From a virus (lineage: Duplodnaviria; Heunggongvirae; Uroviricota; Caudoviricetes): 64,000 nucleotides of DNA. The position numbers were made by a program, and so were the translations under genes. This document shows, piece by piece, positions 48,983-58,638 of this stretch. The notes under the pieces are model-generated. The model worked only from the letters and a program-made list of their open reading frames with translations, made no database searches and was not told where the DNA came from. The number at the start of each line of letters is the position of its first letter. The stretch's first letter is position 1. The stretch lies in IMG/VR virus record IMGVR_UViG_3300020685_000002; one strand, given 5' to 3'.

Positions 48983-49555
48983 ATGTCAGGTTGGAAAAAT
49001 ACAGACGCTCAAGCAAATAACGAACCATCTTATATTACCCATATTGGGATGCCACAACCAATAACAAATAATTATAGCAACAATACGGTTTTAGTTGATG
49101 CTTCTCGTTTAGCAAATGCTAATGTTCAATTTGGAGTTTCTTCAAAAGGAACATCACATACTGGTTGGGTTCATTACCAACATGGAACAGGTCCTTTGGC
49201 TTCTATTACTGTTGCTAATGTTACTCCAGGACTTGTATATTCTAATGATTATTTAACTATTGTTGGCGCAAATACAGCTTCTTTTGTTAATACTCCTTAT
49301 GTCGCAGCTAATGCTCAAATTATTGTTACTGGTGCAAACACAATTACCATTCAAATTAATAGTGTCGGTTCTGGTTTTATTCAAGACCCAACTGTAGTTT
49401 CTTCTACTTCAGGTAATGCAAATAATGCAACTTTAGTATTTACTGGTAAAGCAGGCGGAAGAGCTAATAGAGTTAAATCTGAAGTTTTAGTTGCTTTGTC
49501 ATCTCCTACTTCAACAAATGCTAATGGCGCTGAACCTTGGTTCCATGGCGTATAA
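48983..49555 (+). CDS. Putative virion structural protein, beta-rich.
   Basis: A Thr/Asn/Val/Gly-rich 190 aa protein with a ribosome-binding site (AAAGGAATAAAACT ATG). An AATAAATA late-promoter-like box lies upstream. Confidence 0.4.
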   Translation: MSGWKNTDAQANNEPSYITHIGMPQPITNNYSNNTVLVDASRLANANVQFGVSSKGTSHTGWVHYQHGTGPLASITVANVTPGLVYSNDYLTIVGANTASFVNTPYVAANAQIIVTGANTITIQINSVGSGFIQDPTVVSSTSGNANNATLVFTGKAGGRANRVKSEVLVALSSPTSTNANGAEPWFHGV

Positions 49556-49558
49556 TTT

Positions 49559-49945
49559 ATGAAGTCGTTTAAAGAATTTAAATCGTATCTACAGGAGCAT
49601 CAATCTCCTGTAGCATATATTGATACTACTGGAACTCAAGATATCGCTATTCCTGAAATTCGTAATGAATTAAACCGCCATATAAGTTTGATTTTTCGTC
49701 AAAGTTTTGTGACAGTTGAATCTGCAGTGCAAAGATTAGCAAAACTTTTATCTATGTATAGTCTTGATATTCCACAAGTTGATTCAAATGATAAAGATTC
49801 GGATACATTAAAAATAATTGTTGGGCATAATAATACAAAATGGGACGAATTTGATGGAAAAGTTGAAAATGATAACCCATGGATTTTAATATTTTCGTAT
49901 AAATTAGAAGACGGATTGTATAAGTGCTCAGCTAAAATAAAATAA
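49559..49945 (+). CDS. Small CTS-bearing internal protein.
   Basis: The N-terminus is MKSFKEFKSYLQE|H. It is 128 aa. Confidence 0.5.
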   Translation: MKSFKEFKSYLQEHQSPVAYIDTTGTQDIAIPEIRNELNRHISLIFRQSFVTVESAVQRLAKLLSMYSLDIPQVDSNDKDSDTLKIIVGHNNTKWDEFDGKVENDNPWILIFSYKLEDGLYKCSAKIK

Positions 49946-49951
49946 TATATT

Positions 49952-50338
49952 ATGTTTGATGAATTGACTCCAGAAAATTTTGTATTATTTGCTGCAAAAC
50001 ACTATTGGTCTATACACTATTCAATGGCTGAGTTTGAATCAGATTTACAAAGAATAGTGTATATAAAAAGGCTTTTGAAGAAATACAAAAAAACTGGAGT
50101 CGTTTCAGAAAGGTTAATTCTTAATCATCTTATATTATTGTATAATGTCTTTGAACCGACCGTTGCTGTTAATAGAATGTTATTTTTTAAAATAGATTCA
50201 GATTGTTACTCTAGTTTAAAAACGTTTCTGGTATATTTAAATAGGATACCAGAAACAATTATAATAAATAATAATATAGTTGTTTCTTCAGATATTCAAG
50301 TAGATATGAATGTTGCAAATTTATTAAGGGTTTTATGA
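49952..50338 (+). CDS. Hypothetical protein.
   Basis: 128 aa ORF. Confidence 0.4.
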   Translation: MFDELTPENFVLFAAKHYWSIHYSMAEFESDLQRIVYIKRLLKKYKKTGVVSERLILNHLILLYNVFEPTVAVNRMLFFKIDSDCYSSLKTFLVYLNRIPETIIINNNIVVSSDIQVDMNVANLLRVL

Positions 50339-51174
50339 AAGGTTTTAAACAATTTGTATTAGAAAAAGTAGAACATGAAAATCCGAATGCCGGAAGTTTA
50401 CACGTTCTAGATGTTGATGATACATTAGTACACCCAAAAGCACAAATCCATGTTGTTCAAAATGGAGAAAGAGTTAAATCGCTACATAATTCCGAATTTA
50501 ATACCCACAAACTAGAACCTGATCAACACTATGATTTTAGTGAATTTAGAAATTCTGATACGTTTAGCAAATCTGCTCCAATTCAAAAAATGATTTCTAA
50601 AGTAAAAGCAATCCATAAGAATATCTCAAGTAATCCAAATCATAGAATTATTATCAATACTGCTAGATCAGATATGGATAATAAACATACATATCTTAAT
50701 ACTTTTAAGAAATTTGGTCTTCCGATTAACGATATACATGTATATAGAGCTGGTAATGATACTGGATCGGATACAGTTGCTGTTAAAAAGGCAAATGTAA
50801 TATCAAAAATATTAGAAAAACAACCATATAAAAAAGTTCATGTATATGATGACGGAAAAGAAAATTTAGATGCCGTTCATAAATTAAAACAAAAACACCC
50901 TGAAACAGAATTTCATACCTATCATGTTCAACATGATGGTTCTGTTAAAAAATACAAACCTACAAATTTAAATGAAGATGGTGGTGCTGCAGGCGGTATT
51001 GGCGGTGGTGGTGGAAATACTGTCGGTGGCGGAGCAATAGCTGGAGTTGGGGTAAATAATCCTTCTGTTGGGCCAAATCAAGGGGAACCTGGAGTTTTTC
51101 CAAAATATAAAAAAAGAAAATCGGATTTTCCAAAAAGTCCTGTCTTAACACAAATTCTTGCGAGAAAAAACTAA
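50335..51174 (+). CDS. CTS-bearing HAD-superfamily phosphatase (PNK 3'-phosphatase-like) with a Gly-rich C-terminal tail.
   Basis: The N-terminus is MKGFKQFVLEKVE. HAD motif I reads VLDVDDTLV (compare T4 Pnk VIFDVDGTL), motif II reads IINTARS, motif III supplies a Lys, and motif IV reads VYDDGKENLD. The C-terminus has GGAAGGIGGGGGNTVGGG. Confidence 0.6.
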   Translation: MKGFKQFVLEKVEHENPNAGSLHVLDVDDTLVHPKAQIHVVQNGERVKSLHNSEFNTHKLEPDQHYDFSEFRNSDTFSKSAPIQKMISKVKAIHKNISSNPNHRIIINTARSDMDNKHTYLNTFKKFGLPINDIHVYRAGNDTGSDTVAVKKANVISKILEKQPYKKVHVYDDGKENLDAVHKLKQKHPETEFHTYHVQHDGSVKKYKPTNLNEDGGAAGGIGGGGGNTVGGGAIAGVGVNNPSVGPNQGEPGVFPKYKKRKSDFPKSPVLTQILARKN

Positions 51175-51175
51175 A

Positions 51176-51715
51176 ATGGACAAATATCTAAATAAAATTA
51201 AATCAATCGTTGATAATAATGGTTTTGAGCGTCATTATAAAGAAACAGAAATTGTTGAATCTGTTGATGATACGTTAGAGAGAGTATTGTTTGAAGCAAG
51301 AAGTCCAGCCAATCCCCCAGAAGAAGCTAACGATCCATCTTCAAAAGAAGGAATTTCAAATACTGTTGCTAGTGAATTTTTTGCTAGAGCAAGAGCTTTA
51401 GCGACTGTTACTCATTTTGCACATTTAAGTACAGATTCGTTTTCTGAACATATAGCTTTAGCTACATTTTATGAAGAAATTGTTGAATCTATTGATACTT
51501 TTTGTGAAGCGTATATTGGAAAATATGGTAAATTTATAAATCTTCCTCCAATCGCTGCTGAGATGCAACAAGCAGTTGATGCAATAATTGAATTTAGAGA
51601 TTGGATGGATAAGAATCGTAGTTTAATTACTGATGATAGTTCTCTACAAAATATAATAGATGAAACAGAACAATTATGTAATAGTACAGTATATAAATTA
51701 CAGAAATTAAACTAA
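51176..51715 (+). CDS. Hypothetical protein.
   Basis: ATG at 51176 directly after the upstream stop. It is 180 aa. Confidence 0.4.
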   Translation: MDKYLNKIKSIVDNNGFERHYKETEIVESVDDTLERVLFEARSPANPPEEANDPSSKEGISNTVASEFFARARALATVTHFAHLSTDSFSEHIALATFYEEIVESIDTFCEAYIGKYGKFINLPPIAAEMQQAVDAIIEFRDWMDKNRSLITDDSSLQNIIDETEQLCNSTVYKLQKLN

Positions 51716-51928
51716 ATTATTTTCTCTTTTTAGGTATTTTTTATGGTAACTTATGAACAAATAAATACTACGTTATATTATAATGAAGTATTGTCTACTA
51801 AGAAAGAAGAAAGAATAGATTTTAATAAATGTCAGAAAATATTAGATTCTTTTGAGTCGTATTCTAAAAAATTAGATAAATTAATAGAAACTGTAAATAC
51901 CGAAAAAAATAATTATAAGGATTAAGTT

Positions 51929-52369
51929 ATGGCAGAAAACCAACTTGAAAATTCTATTATTATGGATTTAAAAGTTGAAGTGGCTATGTTAAAAAAAGAA
52001 GTTTCGTTCATTAATAAATTATTTGAAAAAATGGATGTTGTGATTAATAAAATTGATTCACAACATGACATATTAATAGACAAAACTACTAAAGTTGAAT
52101 CAACCCTTTCTTTTACTAAAGAAGAATTGGTTAATTTATATACATCTTTTGAACAAACTGAAAAAGAAATTTCTGAAAGAATAAATTCTATAGAAAGATT
52201 ATTAACAGAAGAAATTAAAACAATTAATCACGATTTGTCAGTAAGATTAGATAAACAAGAAAAAATTACTGGTAATCTATCAAATATAAAGATGATGGCT
52301 TTAGGAATGATTGCTCTTGTTACTTGGTTAGCTTCTAATCTTGATTTTATAAAAAATGTGTTACATTAA
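51929..52369 (+). CDS. Coiled-coil protein with a C-terminal transmembrane segment.
   Basis: A heptad-rich body is followed by the C-terminal hydrophobic segment MMALGMIALVTWLASNL. Confidence 0.4.
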   Translation: MAENQLENSIIMDLKVEVAMLKKEVSFINKLFEKMDVVINKIDSQHDILIDKTTKVESTLSFTKEELVNLYTSFEQTEKEISERINSIERLLTEEIKTINHDLSVRLDKQEKITGNLSNIKMMALGMIALVTWLASNLDFIKNVLH

Positions 52370-52404
52370 AATAACTTTACAAATTGTGTATTTTATAGTA
52401 TAAT

Positions 52405-52434
52405 AAAGCCTGGATATAATTTCAGGCTTTTTTA
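52405..52434 (+). terminator. Rho-independent terminator.
   Basis: AAGCCTG-GATATAATTT-CAGGCTT hairpin followed by TTTT. Confidence 0.65.
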
Positions 52435-52444
52435 TGGATATTGT

Positions 52445-53455
52445 ATGAGTATTTACATTGATCGAAAATATATTCTTTTGTTATCTCCAAAATTAGAACA
52501 ATTTAAACAAAAGAATACAAATCTTTTTAATATGCGTTGTCCATATTGTGGGGATTCAGAGAAAAACAAATCAAAAGCAAGGGGATTTGTTTATGAAAAA
52601 GATAATCATTATTTTTTTCGTTGTCATAATTGCGAAACTGGAACAACTTTAAGAAATTTAATTAAATTCCTAGATCCATATCTTGAGAAAGAATATGTTA
52701 TGGAAAATTTTAAAGATTTGAGTTCTGAAAAAAAAATTAAAATCCCTAAAATTCCTAAAATTCCAATATTTAAAACAAAAGAAGCTGTAAAACCAAAACT
52801 GGATTTACCAACAATTTCGTCATTATCTGATGATCATATTGCAAAACAATATATACTAAAAAGAAAGCTTCCAGATTATTCTCTAGATCTTTTATATTTT
52901 GCGGAAGATTTTAAATCTTTTACAGAAAGTGTTTCTGATAAAAAATTAGATAGAACAAGCCCAAGAATTGTGATTCCATTTTTCTCTGTTGATGGGAAAT
53001 TGATTGCATTTCAAGGAAGAGCTTTAGATGATTATTCGATGAGATATATCACAGTTAAAATTGATAGAGATGTTGAAAAAATATTTGGTTTAGATAGGGT
53101 TAATACAAAAAAACAAATTATTGTAGTTGAAGGACCGTTTGATAGTTTGTTCATACCAAATGCAGTCGCCGTTGCCGACTCCAATTTAGCTGCTGCAGGT
53201 AATATTTTTGATAAAGGTACTTTGGTATTAGTTCCTGACAACGAGCCCAGAAACCGAAATATAGTAGAAAATGTTGAGAGGTTTATAAAATCTGGATTTT
53301 CTGTTTGTTTATTTCCTGAATCTATTAAAGAAAAGGATATTAATGAAATGGTACTTTCTGGGTTGACGAAAGAGGAAATATCAGGTATAATAAATCAATA
53401 TACATATAAAGATTTAAGGGCGAAATTAGAATTTATAAGATGGAGAAAAGTTTGA
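52445..53455 (+). CDS. 61: DNA primase gp61.
   Basis: Zinc ribbon CPYCGDS...CHNC and a TOPRIM region (VVEGPFDSLF). Confidence 0.8.
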   Translation: MSIYIDRKYILLLSPKLEQFKQKNTNLFNMRCPYCGDSEKNKSKARGFVYEKDNHYFFRCHNCETGTTLRNLIKFLDPYLEKEYVMENFKDLSSEKKIKIPKIPKIPIFKTKEAVKPKLDLPTISSLSDDHIAKQYILKRKLPDYSLDLLYFAEDFKSFTESVSDKKLDRTSPRIVIPFFSVDGKLIAFQGRALDDYSMRYITVKIDRDVEKIFGLDRVNTKKQIIVVEGPFDSLFIPNAVAVADSNLAAAGNIFDKGTLVLVPDNEPRNRNIVENVERFIKSGFSVCLFPESIKEKDINEMVLSGLTKEEISGIINQYTYKDLRAKLEFIRWRKV

Positions 53456-53609
53456 AAAGTGAAAAATTTAAAACGACTTTAAAATTTAAAGTTAATGGTG
53501 TGGAATATGTAAGGGTCGATGGGATTTGGTTCAAATATTTGAATGATGCCTATATGCCATCAAAAGATTCAACGGTATTAGAACAATTATACAAAGAGAA
53601 ATATATATG
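53440..53609 (+). CDS. Small hypothetical protein of about 55 aa.
   Basis: ATG at 53440 overlapping the g61 end. The composition is plausible (MEKSLKSEKFKTTLKFKVNGVEYVRVDG..). Confidence 0.3.
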
Positions 53610-54434
53610 ATGAAATCTCAAATTCAAGTTAAGATGATTGAAGATTCAATTTCAAAAACTAATAGAATCTGTACATTACAATTAAAATATCATAGATATA
53701 TACATGCGGAATTTATGACACATCGTGTTTTTTCTAGATCTGCATCCAGTTCAAGAGCAATACCAATCAAAAAAATTATATCAGAAGTTTGGAATAATCC
53801 AGCAACGCCATTGCATTGGGGTCAAAATATTTCTGGTATGCAAGCTAAAACTGAATTAACTGGTATTAAATTATACTTAGCAAAAACCTTTTGGAATCTT
53901 GCTTCTAAATTTGCTTGTATTCTTGCATATTTTATGTACAATATAGGATTACACAAACAAATTGGAAATAGAATATTAGAACCATTTTCTTTTATTAATG
54001 TCATTTTAACATCTACTGAATTTGATAATTTTTTTGAATTAAGGATTCATCCCGATGCTCAACCAGAAATACAAGAATTAGCTAAACAAATTAAAGAAGC
54101 TATTGATAATAGTAATCCAAAGTCTTTAGAAGATGGTGATTGGCATCTCCCTTATATTTCATATGAAGAAAGAGAATTATTTGATGTTACTGATCTGTTA
54201 AAAGCTTCTACAGCAAGGTGTGCTAGAGTTTCATATAATAATCATGATGGAAGTTTGCCTTCTGTTACTAAAGATATTCAATTACACGATAGATTGGTTG
54301 GTTCTAAACCATTACATGCTTCTCCTGCCGAACATCCAGCAAAAGCAGAAGGAAATGATACATTTTATAAGAATTTTAAAGGATGGAATCAATATAGAAC
54401 TATTCTTGAAGATACAGTTTTTAACAAACGATAG
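53607..54434 (+). CDS. thyX: Flavin-dependent thymidylate synthase ThyX.
   Basis: HRVFSRSASSSRA resembles the ThyX signature RHRx7S. Confidence 0.7.
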   Translation: MMKSQIQVKMIEDSISKTNRICTLQLKYHRYIHAEFMTHRVFSRSASSSRAIPIKKIISEVWNNPATPLHWGQNISGMQAKTELTGIKLYLAKTFWNLASKFACILAYFMYNIGLHKQIGNRILEPFSFINVILTSTEFDNFFELRIHPDAQPEIQELAKQIKEAIDNSNPKSLEDGDWHLPYISYEERELFDVTDLLKASTARCARVSYNNHDGSLPSVTKDIQLHDRLVGSKPLHASPAEHPAKAEGNDTFYKNFKGWNQYRTILEDTVFNKR

Positions 54435-54443
54435 GAACATATT

Positions 54444-54860
54444 ATGAGTAAAATAGATACAAAAGATTATCAAGATTTCGTAAAGAAGACAATTTCTCCT
54501 GCATCAAGTGATGTTTCATCATTTTTGACAAGATTAGACTCTTTATATGTTGATTCTATCCCACTACAAATAAAACTTCCAGAATTATTAACAGCATCTG
54601 CTGGATTATCTGCTGAATCAGGGGAATTTACTGAAGTTGTTAAGAAAATATTATTCCAAGGGAAACCATTGGACGAAGATAATATCTATCATATGAAAAG
54701 AGAATTGGGTGATATTTGTTGGTATCTTGCTGTTGCATGTACAGCACTAAATACTACACTAGAAGATATTCTTGTTATGAATGTTGAAAAGTTATCAGCT
54801 CGTTATCCTCAAGGGTTTGAGATTATTAAATCTGAAATTCGTCAAGATGGTGATATTTAA
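54444..54860 (+). CDS. mazG: MazG-like nucleoside triphosphate pyrophosphohydrolase.
   Basis: ESGEFTE...ELGDICWYLA EExxE/ExxD MazG motifs. Confidence 0.7.
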   Translation: MSKIDTKDYQDFVKKTISPASSDVSSFLTRLDSLYVDSIPLQIKLPELLTASAGLSAESGEFTEVVKKILFQGKPLDEDNIYHMKRELGDICWYLAVACTALNTTLEDILVMNVEKLSARYPQGFEIIKSEIRQDGDI

Positions 54861-54877
54861 AAATAAAATATAAAAGG

Positions 54878-55876
54878 ATGGTTATGGGAATAAGAATACT
54901 AACTCCTAAAACAATTTATACAACGGATTATCCTACTGCTATAGAATTTGCAGAAAAACAAGCTGAGGTATTTTGGCTTCCTACTGAAATTGAAGTAGAA
55001 AAAGATCTTCATGAGTTAAAAACAAATTTTACTGAAGCAGAATATCATGGTGTTATTTCAACATTAAAATTATTCACTCTTTATGAATTAAATGTTGGAA
55101 ATGATTATTGGCAAAATTATATTTCTAAAGTTTTTCCGAGACCAGATATTCAAAGAATGGCTGCAACATTTTCTTTTATGGAATTGGGTGTTCATGCACC
55201 ATTCTATAATAAAATTAATGAAGTTCTTGGTTTAGATAATGATGAGTTCTATACTGATTATTTAAATGATGAAGTTCTTGCAAATAGAATGGCTTGGATA
55301 GGTAAACGAACTGAGAAAAGAAATACTGTTTATGACGTATTAAAATCAGTTGGTATTTTCTCTATGATTGAAGGTGCAATTCTTTATTCAAGTTTTGCTT
55401 TCTTGAAACATTTCAATTCTGCAGGTAAAAATAAATTAGTAGCTATTAATGCTGGAATCAATTTCTCTGCGATTGATGAAACTTTACATTCACAAGCTGG
55501 CGGTTGGTTATTTAGAACATTATTAAAAGAAGCTAAAGAAGATGGTCAAGTAACAGATATATTTGTTGAAGAATTAATTCGAGAACTTGAAGAAACTGCT
55601 AAAGTGATATTAGAACACGAATCAATAATTATTGATAAAATATTTGAGAAAGGTCAAATTAAAGGTATTACTGAAAATCAATTGAAACGGTTTGTTGAAT
55701 CTAGATTAGATATTTGTTTAGAAAATCTTGGATATAAAGGAATTTTTAAACCAACGTATAATCCGATTAAATCTTGGTTCTATAAAGATCTAGAATCTTC
55801 TACGTTGCACGACTTTTTTTCGTCGCAAGGTTCTGATTATAATAGAAATTGGATTGAAAATAAATTTAAATGGTAA
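54878..55876 (+). CDS. nrdB: Ribonucleotide reductase small subunit (class I beta).
   Basis: Diiron ligand pattern (E..H, SFAFLKHF, ETLHSQ) and a C-terminal tail. Confidence 0.8.
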   Translation: MVMGIRILTPKTIYTTDYPTAIEFAEKQAEVFWLPTEIEVEKDLHELKTNFTEAEYHGVISTLKLFTLYELNVGNDYWQNYISKVFPRPDIQRMAATFSFMELGVHAPFYNKINEVLGLDNDEFYTDYLNDEVLANRMAWIGKRTEKRNTVYDVLKSVGIFSMIEGAILYSSFAFLKHFNSAGKNKLVAINAGINFSAIDETLHSQAGGWLFRTLLKEAKEDGQVTDIFVEELIRELEETAKVILEHESIIIDKIFEKGQIKGITENQLKRFVESRLDICLENLGYKGIFKPTYNPIKSWFYKDLESSTLHDFFSSQGSDYNRNWIENKFKW

Positions 55877-57018
55877 CTGAAATGAAAGAATTATCAATAT
55901 ACGACGAATTAGGTGAAGAAAGAAAAAAATTGCAAGGTGAAGGTAAATTACCAATGTGGTGTTCGACTATTGCATGGCAAATGCTTAAAGAAAATTATCT
56001 TTCTGAAAAATATCCTGATTTAAAATCAGTATATACACGTGTAGCTAAACATGCTGCGCAATATACTACAAATCCTGATGAATGGGAACAAAAATTCTTT
56101 GATCTATTCTGGAAAGGATATTTGGCAGCTTCAACTCCTGTATTGTCTAATATGGGAACAGGATTTGGTTGTTCTGTAAGTTGTTCAGGCGGATATATCA
56201 ATGATTCAGTTTATGATTTCTATGATGCACAAAAAGAAGCTGCAGTTCTATCAAAAAATGGTTTTGGTACATCAGGCTATCTTGGTGCAATTAGACCAAG
56301 AGGTTCTAAAATTTTTGGAATGAAAGGTAGTGCTTCTGGTGTCCTTCCAGTATTCAAAGATTTTATACAAATGTCTAGAGATATTTCTCAAGGTTCACAA
56401 AGACGAGGTGCTTGGGCTGGGTATCTTGAAATTGATCATGATGATTTTTATGAATTGGTAAATTATATCGGTAAGAATCCTGACGATGCAAATATTGGAT
56501 GGATTATCACAAAAAACTTTATTGATAGATTAGATGCTGGTGATAATGATGCAATTTCTAGATATCAAAAAGCGTTAAAGTTGAAAATGATTACTGGAAA
56601 GGGTTATTTCATTAAAATTGATGCTATTAATGAACAAAATCCACAAATGTATAAAGATAAAGGTTTATCTGTAAAAGCATCAAATTTGTGTTTAACTGGT
56701 GATACTAGAATTAATATTAAAGGTGATATTAGTGGCGAACTACAAGTATCAATGGAAGGGTTAAATAATTATTTAGGTAAAAATGATGATGTAGAAAATT
56801 GGAAGGTTTGGTCATATAACACAGAAACTAACATGAGCGAATGGAAAAAAATTATAAAATCTGCACAAACATCAATATCGACTAAGATAATGAATATTAC
56901 AGACGAAATAACTGGAAAATCTATAAAATGTACGCCAGATCATAAGATTTTTACCGAGAACCGTGGATATGTTTGTGCAAAAGATTTAATGGAAAATGAT
57001 GTATTATTATTAAAATAG
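55870..57018 (+). CDS. nrdA: Class I RNR large-subunit N-terminal fragment (no ATP cone), ending ..ASNL, fused to a split-intein N-fragment (IntN 56689-57015, about 109 aa).
   Basis: RNR alpha core motifs (GCSVSC.., SQGSQRRGAWAGYL) lead up to the active-site SNL. The sequence then continues as CLTGDTRINIKGD.. (Hint block A) to a TAG stop. Confidence 0.75.
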   Translation: MVTEMKELSIYDELGEERKKLQGEGKLPMWCSTIAWQMLKENYLSEKYPDLKSVYTRVAKHAAQYTTNPDEWEQKFFDLFWKGYLAASTPVLSNMGTGFGCSVSCSGGYINDSVYDFYDAQKEAAVLSKNGFGTSGYLGAIRPRGSKIFGMKGSASGVLPVFKDFIQMSRDISQGSQRRGAWAGYLEIDHDDFYELVNYIGKNPDDANIGWIITKNFIDRLDAGDNDAISRYQKALKLKMITGKGYFIKIDAINEQNPQMYKDKGLSVKASNLCLTGDTRINIKGDISGELQVSMEGLNNYLGKNDDVENWKVWSYNTETNMSEWKKIIKSAQTSISTKIMNITDEITGKSIKCTPDHKIFTENRGYVCAKDLMENDVLLLK

Positions 57019-57193
57019 TTTTGTGTACTGAAATATGACGAAAATATTCCTAGTTCATTTGGCGGAACTTATAGAGAAAATATTACTACTAAAAAGATTC
57101 AAAAATTACTTATAGATAAGTTTGGTGCAATTGATAAACAGTTGGGTTCATATGCTAAACACCATACAAATAAAATAAAAGAGGAAATTGAAA

Positions 57194-58189
57194 ATGAGTT
57201 TAAAAATTGAGTATTTAGAAAATGAAGAAGCGGTATATGATATATCTGTAGAAGATAACCACAATTTTTTTGCTAATGGTATATTAGTACATAATTGCAC
57301 GGAAATCACATTATTTTCTGATGAGGATCATACATTTTCTTGTGTTCTTTCATCTATGAATGCGTCTCTTTATGATGAATGGAAAGATACAGATGCTGTG
57401 TTTAATGCTACAGTATTCTTGGATTGCGTCAATCAAGATCTAATTGAAATTGGTAAAAACACTAAGGGAATGGAAAGGGTTGTTAGATTTGCTGAAAAAT
57501 CAAGAGCATTGGGATTAGGTCTTCTTGGTTTTCATACTTATCTTCAAGATCATTTAATTGCTTTTGAATCTTTAGAAGCTAATTTTAAAAATGTAGAAAT
57601 ATTTAAACATCTTGATGCAGAATCAAAACGTGCTTCTGAATGGATGGCTAAAGAATTTGGTGAACCTGAATGGTGTAAAGGGTATGGAGTAAGAAATACC
57701 CATAGAATTGCAGTGGCACCAAATCTTTCTTCTGCGTTAATCTGTGGTTCTGTGAGTCAAGGTATTGAACCTATCTATAAAAATGCTTATGTTCAAAATA
57801 CAGCAGCAGGAAAAATGGATAGGGTTAATCCTTCATTATTAACGTTGATGAAAAAAATAAATGTATATTCAGAAGAAACTGTTAAAGATATTATTTCTAA
57901 TAATGGTTCTGTTCAGCATGTAGATTGGTTAACAGATGAAGAAAAAATAGTATTTAAAACTGCTTTTGAAATTAATCAGCATAGTATAATTAGATTGGCT
58001 TCTACAAGACAAAAATATATTGACCAAGCTCAATCTATAAATCTTTTCTTCTCTGCTGATGAAGATGAAGAATATATTTCAGAAGTCCATAAAGCTGCCT
58101 TTAAAGATCCTTATATTAAATCGTTGTATTATATTAGATCTGAAACTGGGGTTAATGTTTCAAAAGAGTGTCTGAGTTGTCATGGTTGA
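57194..58189 (+). CDS. nrdA: Split-intein C-fragment (IntC 57194-57295, 34 aa, ending ..ILVHN) fused to the RNR large-subunit C-extein, which begins with the catalytic C of SNL|CTEI.
   Basis: MSLKIEYLENEEAVYDISVEDNHNFFANGILVHN carries intein blocks F and G. CTEITLF.. then restores the SNLCxEI motif. The gene has its own AAGAGGA ribosome-binding site and ATG, in a different frame from the N-fragment. Confidence 0.75.
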   Translation: MSLKIEYLENEEAVYDISVEDNHNFFANGILVHNCTEITLFSDEDHTFSCVLSSMNASLYDEWKDTDAVFNATVFLDCVNQDLIEIGKNTKGMERVVRFAEKSRALGLGLLGFHTYLQDHLIAFESLEANFKNVEIFKHLDAESKRASEWMAKEFGEPEWCKGYGVRNTHRIAVAPNLSSALICGSVSQGIEPIYKNAYVQNTAAGKMDRVNPSLLTLMKKINVYSEETVKDIISNNGSVQHVDWLTDEEKIVFKTAFEINQHSIIRLASTRQKYIDQAQSINLFFSADEDEEYISEVHKAAFKDPYIKSLYYIRSETGVNVSKECLSCHG

Positions 58190-58201
58190 TATAGAGTTAT
58201 T

Positions 58202-58459
58202 ATGAAAATTGAAATTATTAAAGAGTTTAATATTGAATTAAAAGGTTTTAAGTGTACTGTTACTTATGATGAAGCAAAATATCTTTATGATGAACTCAAT
58301 AAAGAGTTTGGGTATAATGCTGAAAAGATCTGGGAAGATACATTGCCTGAAGGTGACTATATATTCAAAACGAAAGATAGATATGATATTCAGCAAGTGC
58401 CATATGTAGATGATGTTCCAGATGGTAATTATGTTTTTTCGTGTAAAAGTAAAGGTTGA
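58202..58459 (+). CDS. Hypothetical protein.
   Basis: 85 aa ORF. Confidence 0.4.
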   Translation: MKIEIIKEFNIELKGFKCTVTYDEAKYLYDELNKEFGYNAEKIWEDTLPEGDYIFKTKDRYDIQQVPYVDDVPDGNYVFSCKSKG

Positions 58460-58638
58460 TTATGAATATATATTTTAAATGTGTGTTTTATTTTTTATTA
58501 TTTTTTGGTGTTGAGGGGTTTTTGTTGCCAAACTTATTCTCTTCAGAATCAGATTATGGTGTGTTACTTGGGTTAATGATCGCTGTATTGTTTATCCCAA
58601 TTTCTTTTTGGTATATTAAGTGGAGTTTTAAAAAGTGA
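58456..58638 (+). CDS. Small membrane protein (2 TM).
   Basis: Two hydrophobic helices. It is translationally coupled to its neighbours. Confidence 0.35.
   Translation: MIMNIYFKCVFYFLLFFGVEGFLLPNLFSSESDYGVLLGLMIAVLFIPISFWYIKWSFKK

Noticed and set aside
51743-51925. A 60-aa ORF between 51715 and 51929.
   Set aside because: It has no clear ribosome-binding site and a Lys/Asn/Tyr-rich composition. It could be real but is unsupported, so I left it uncalled.
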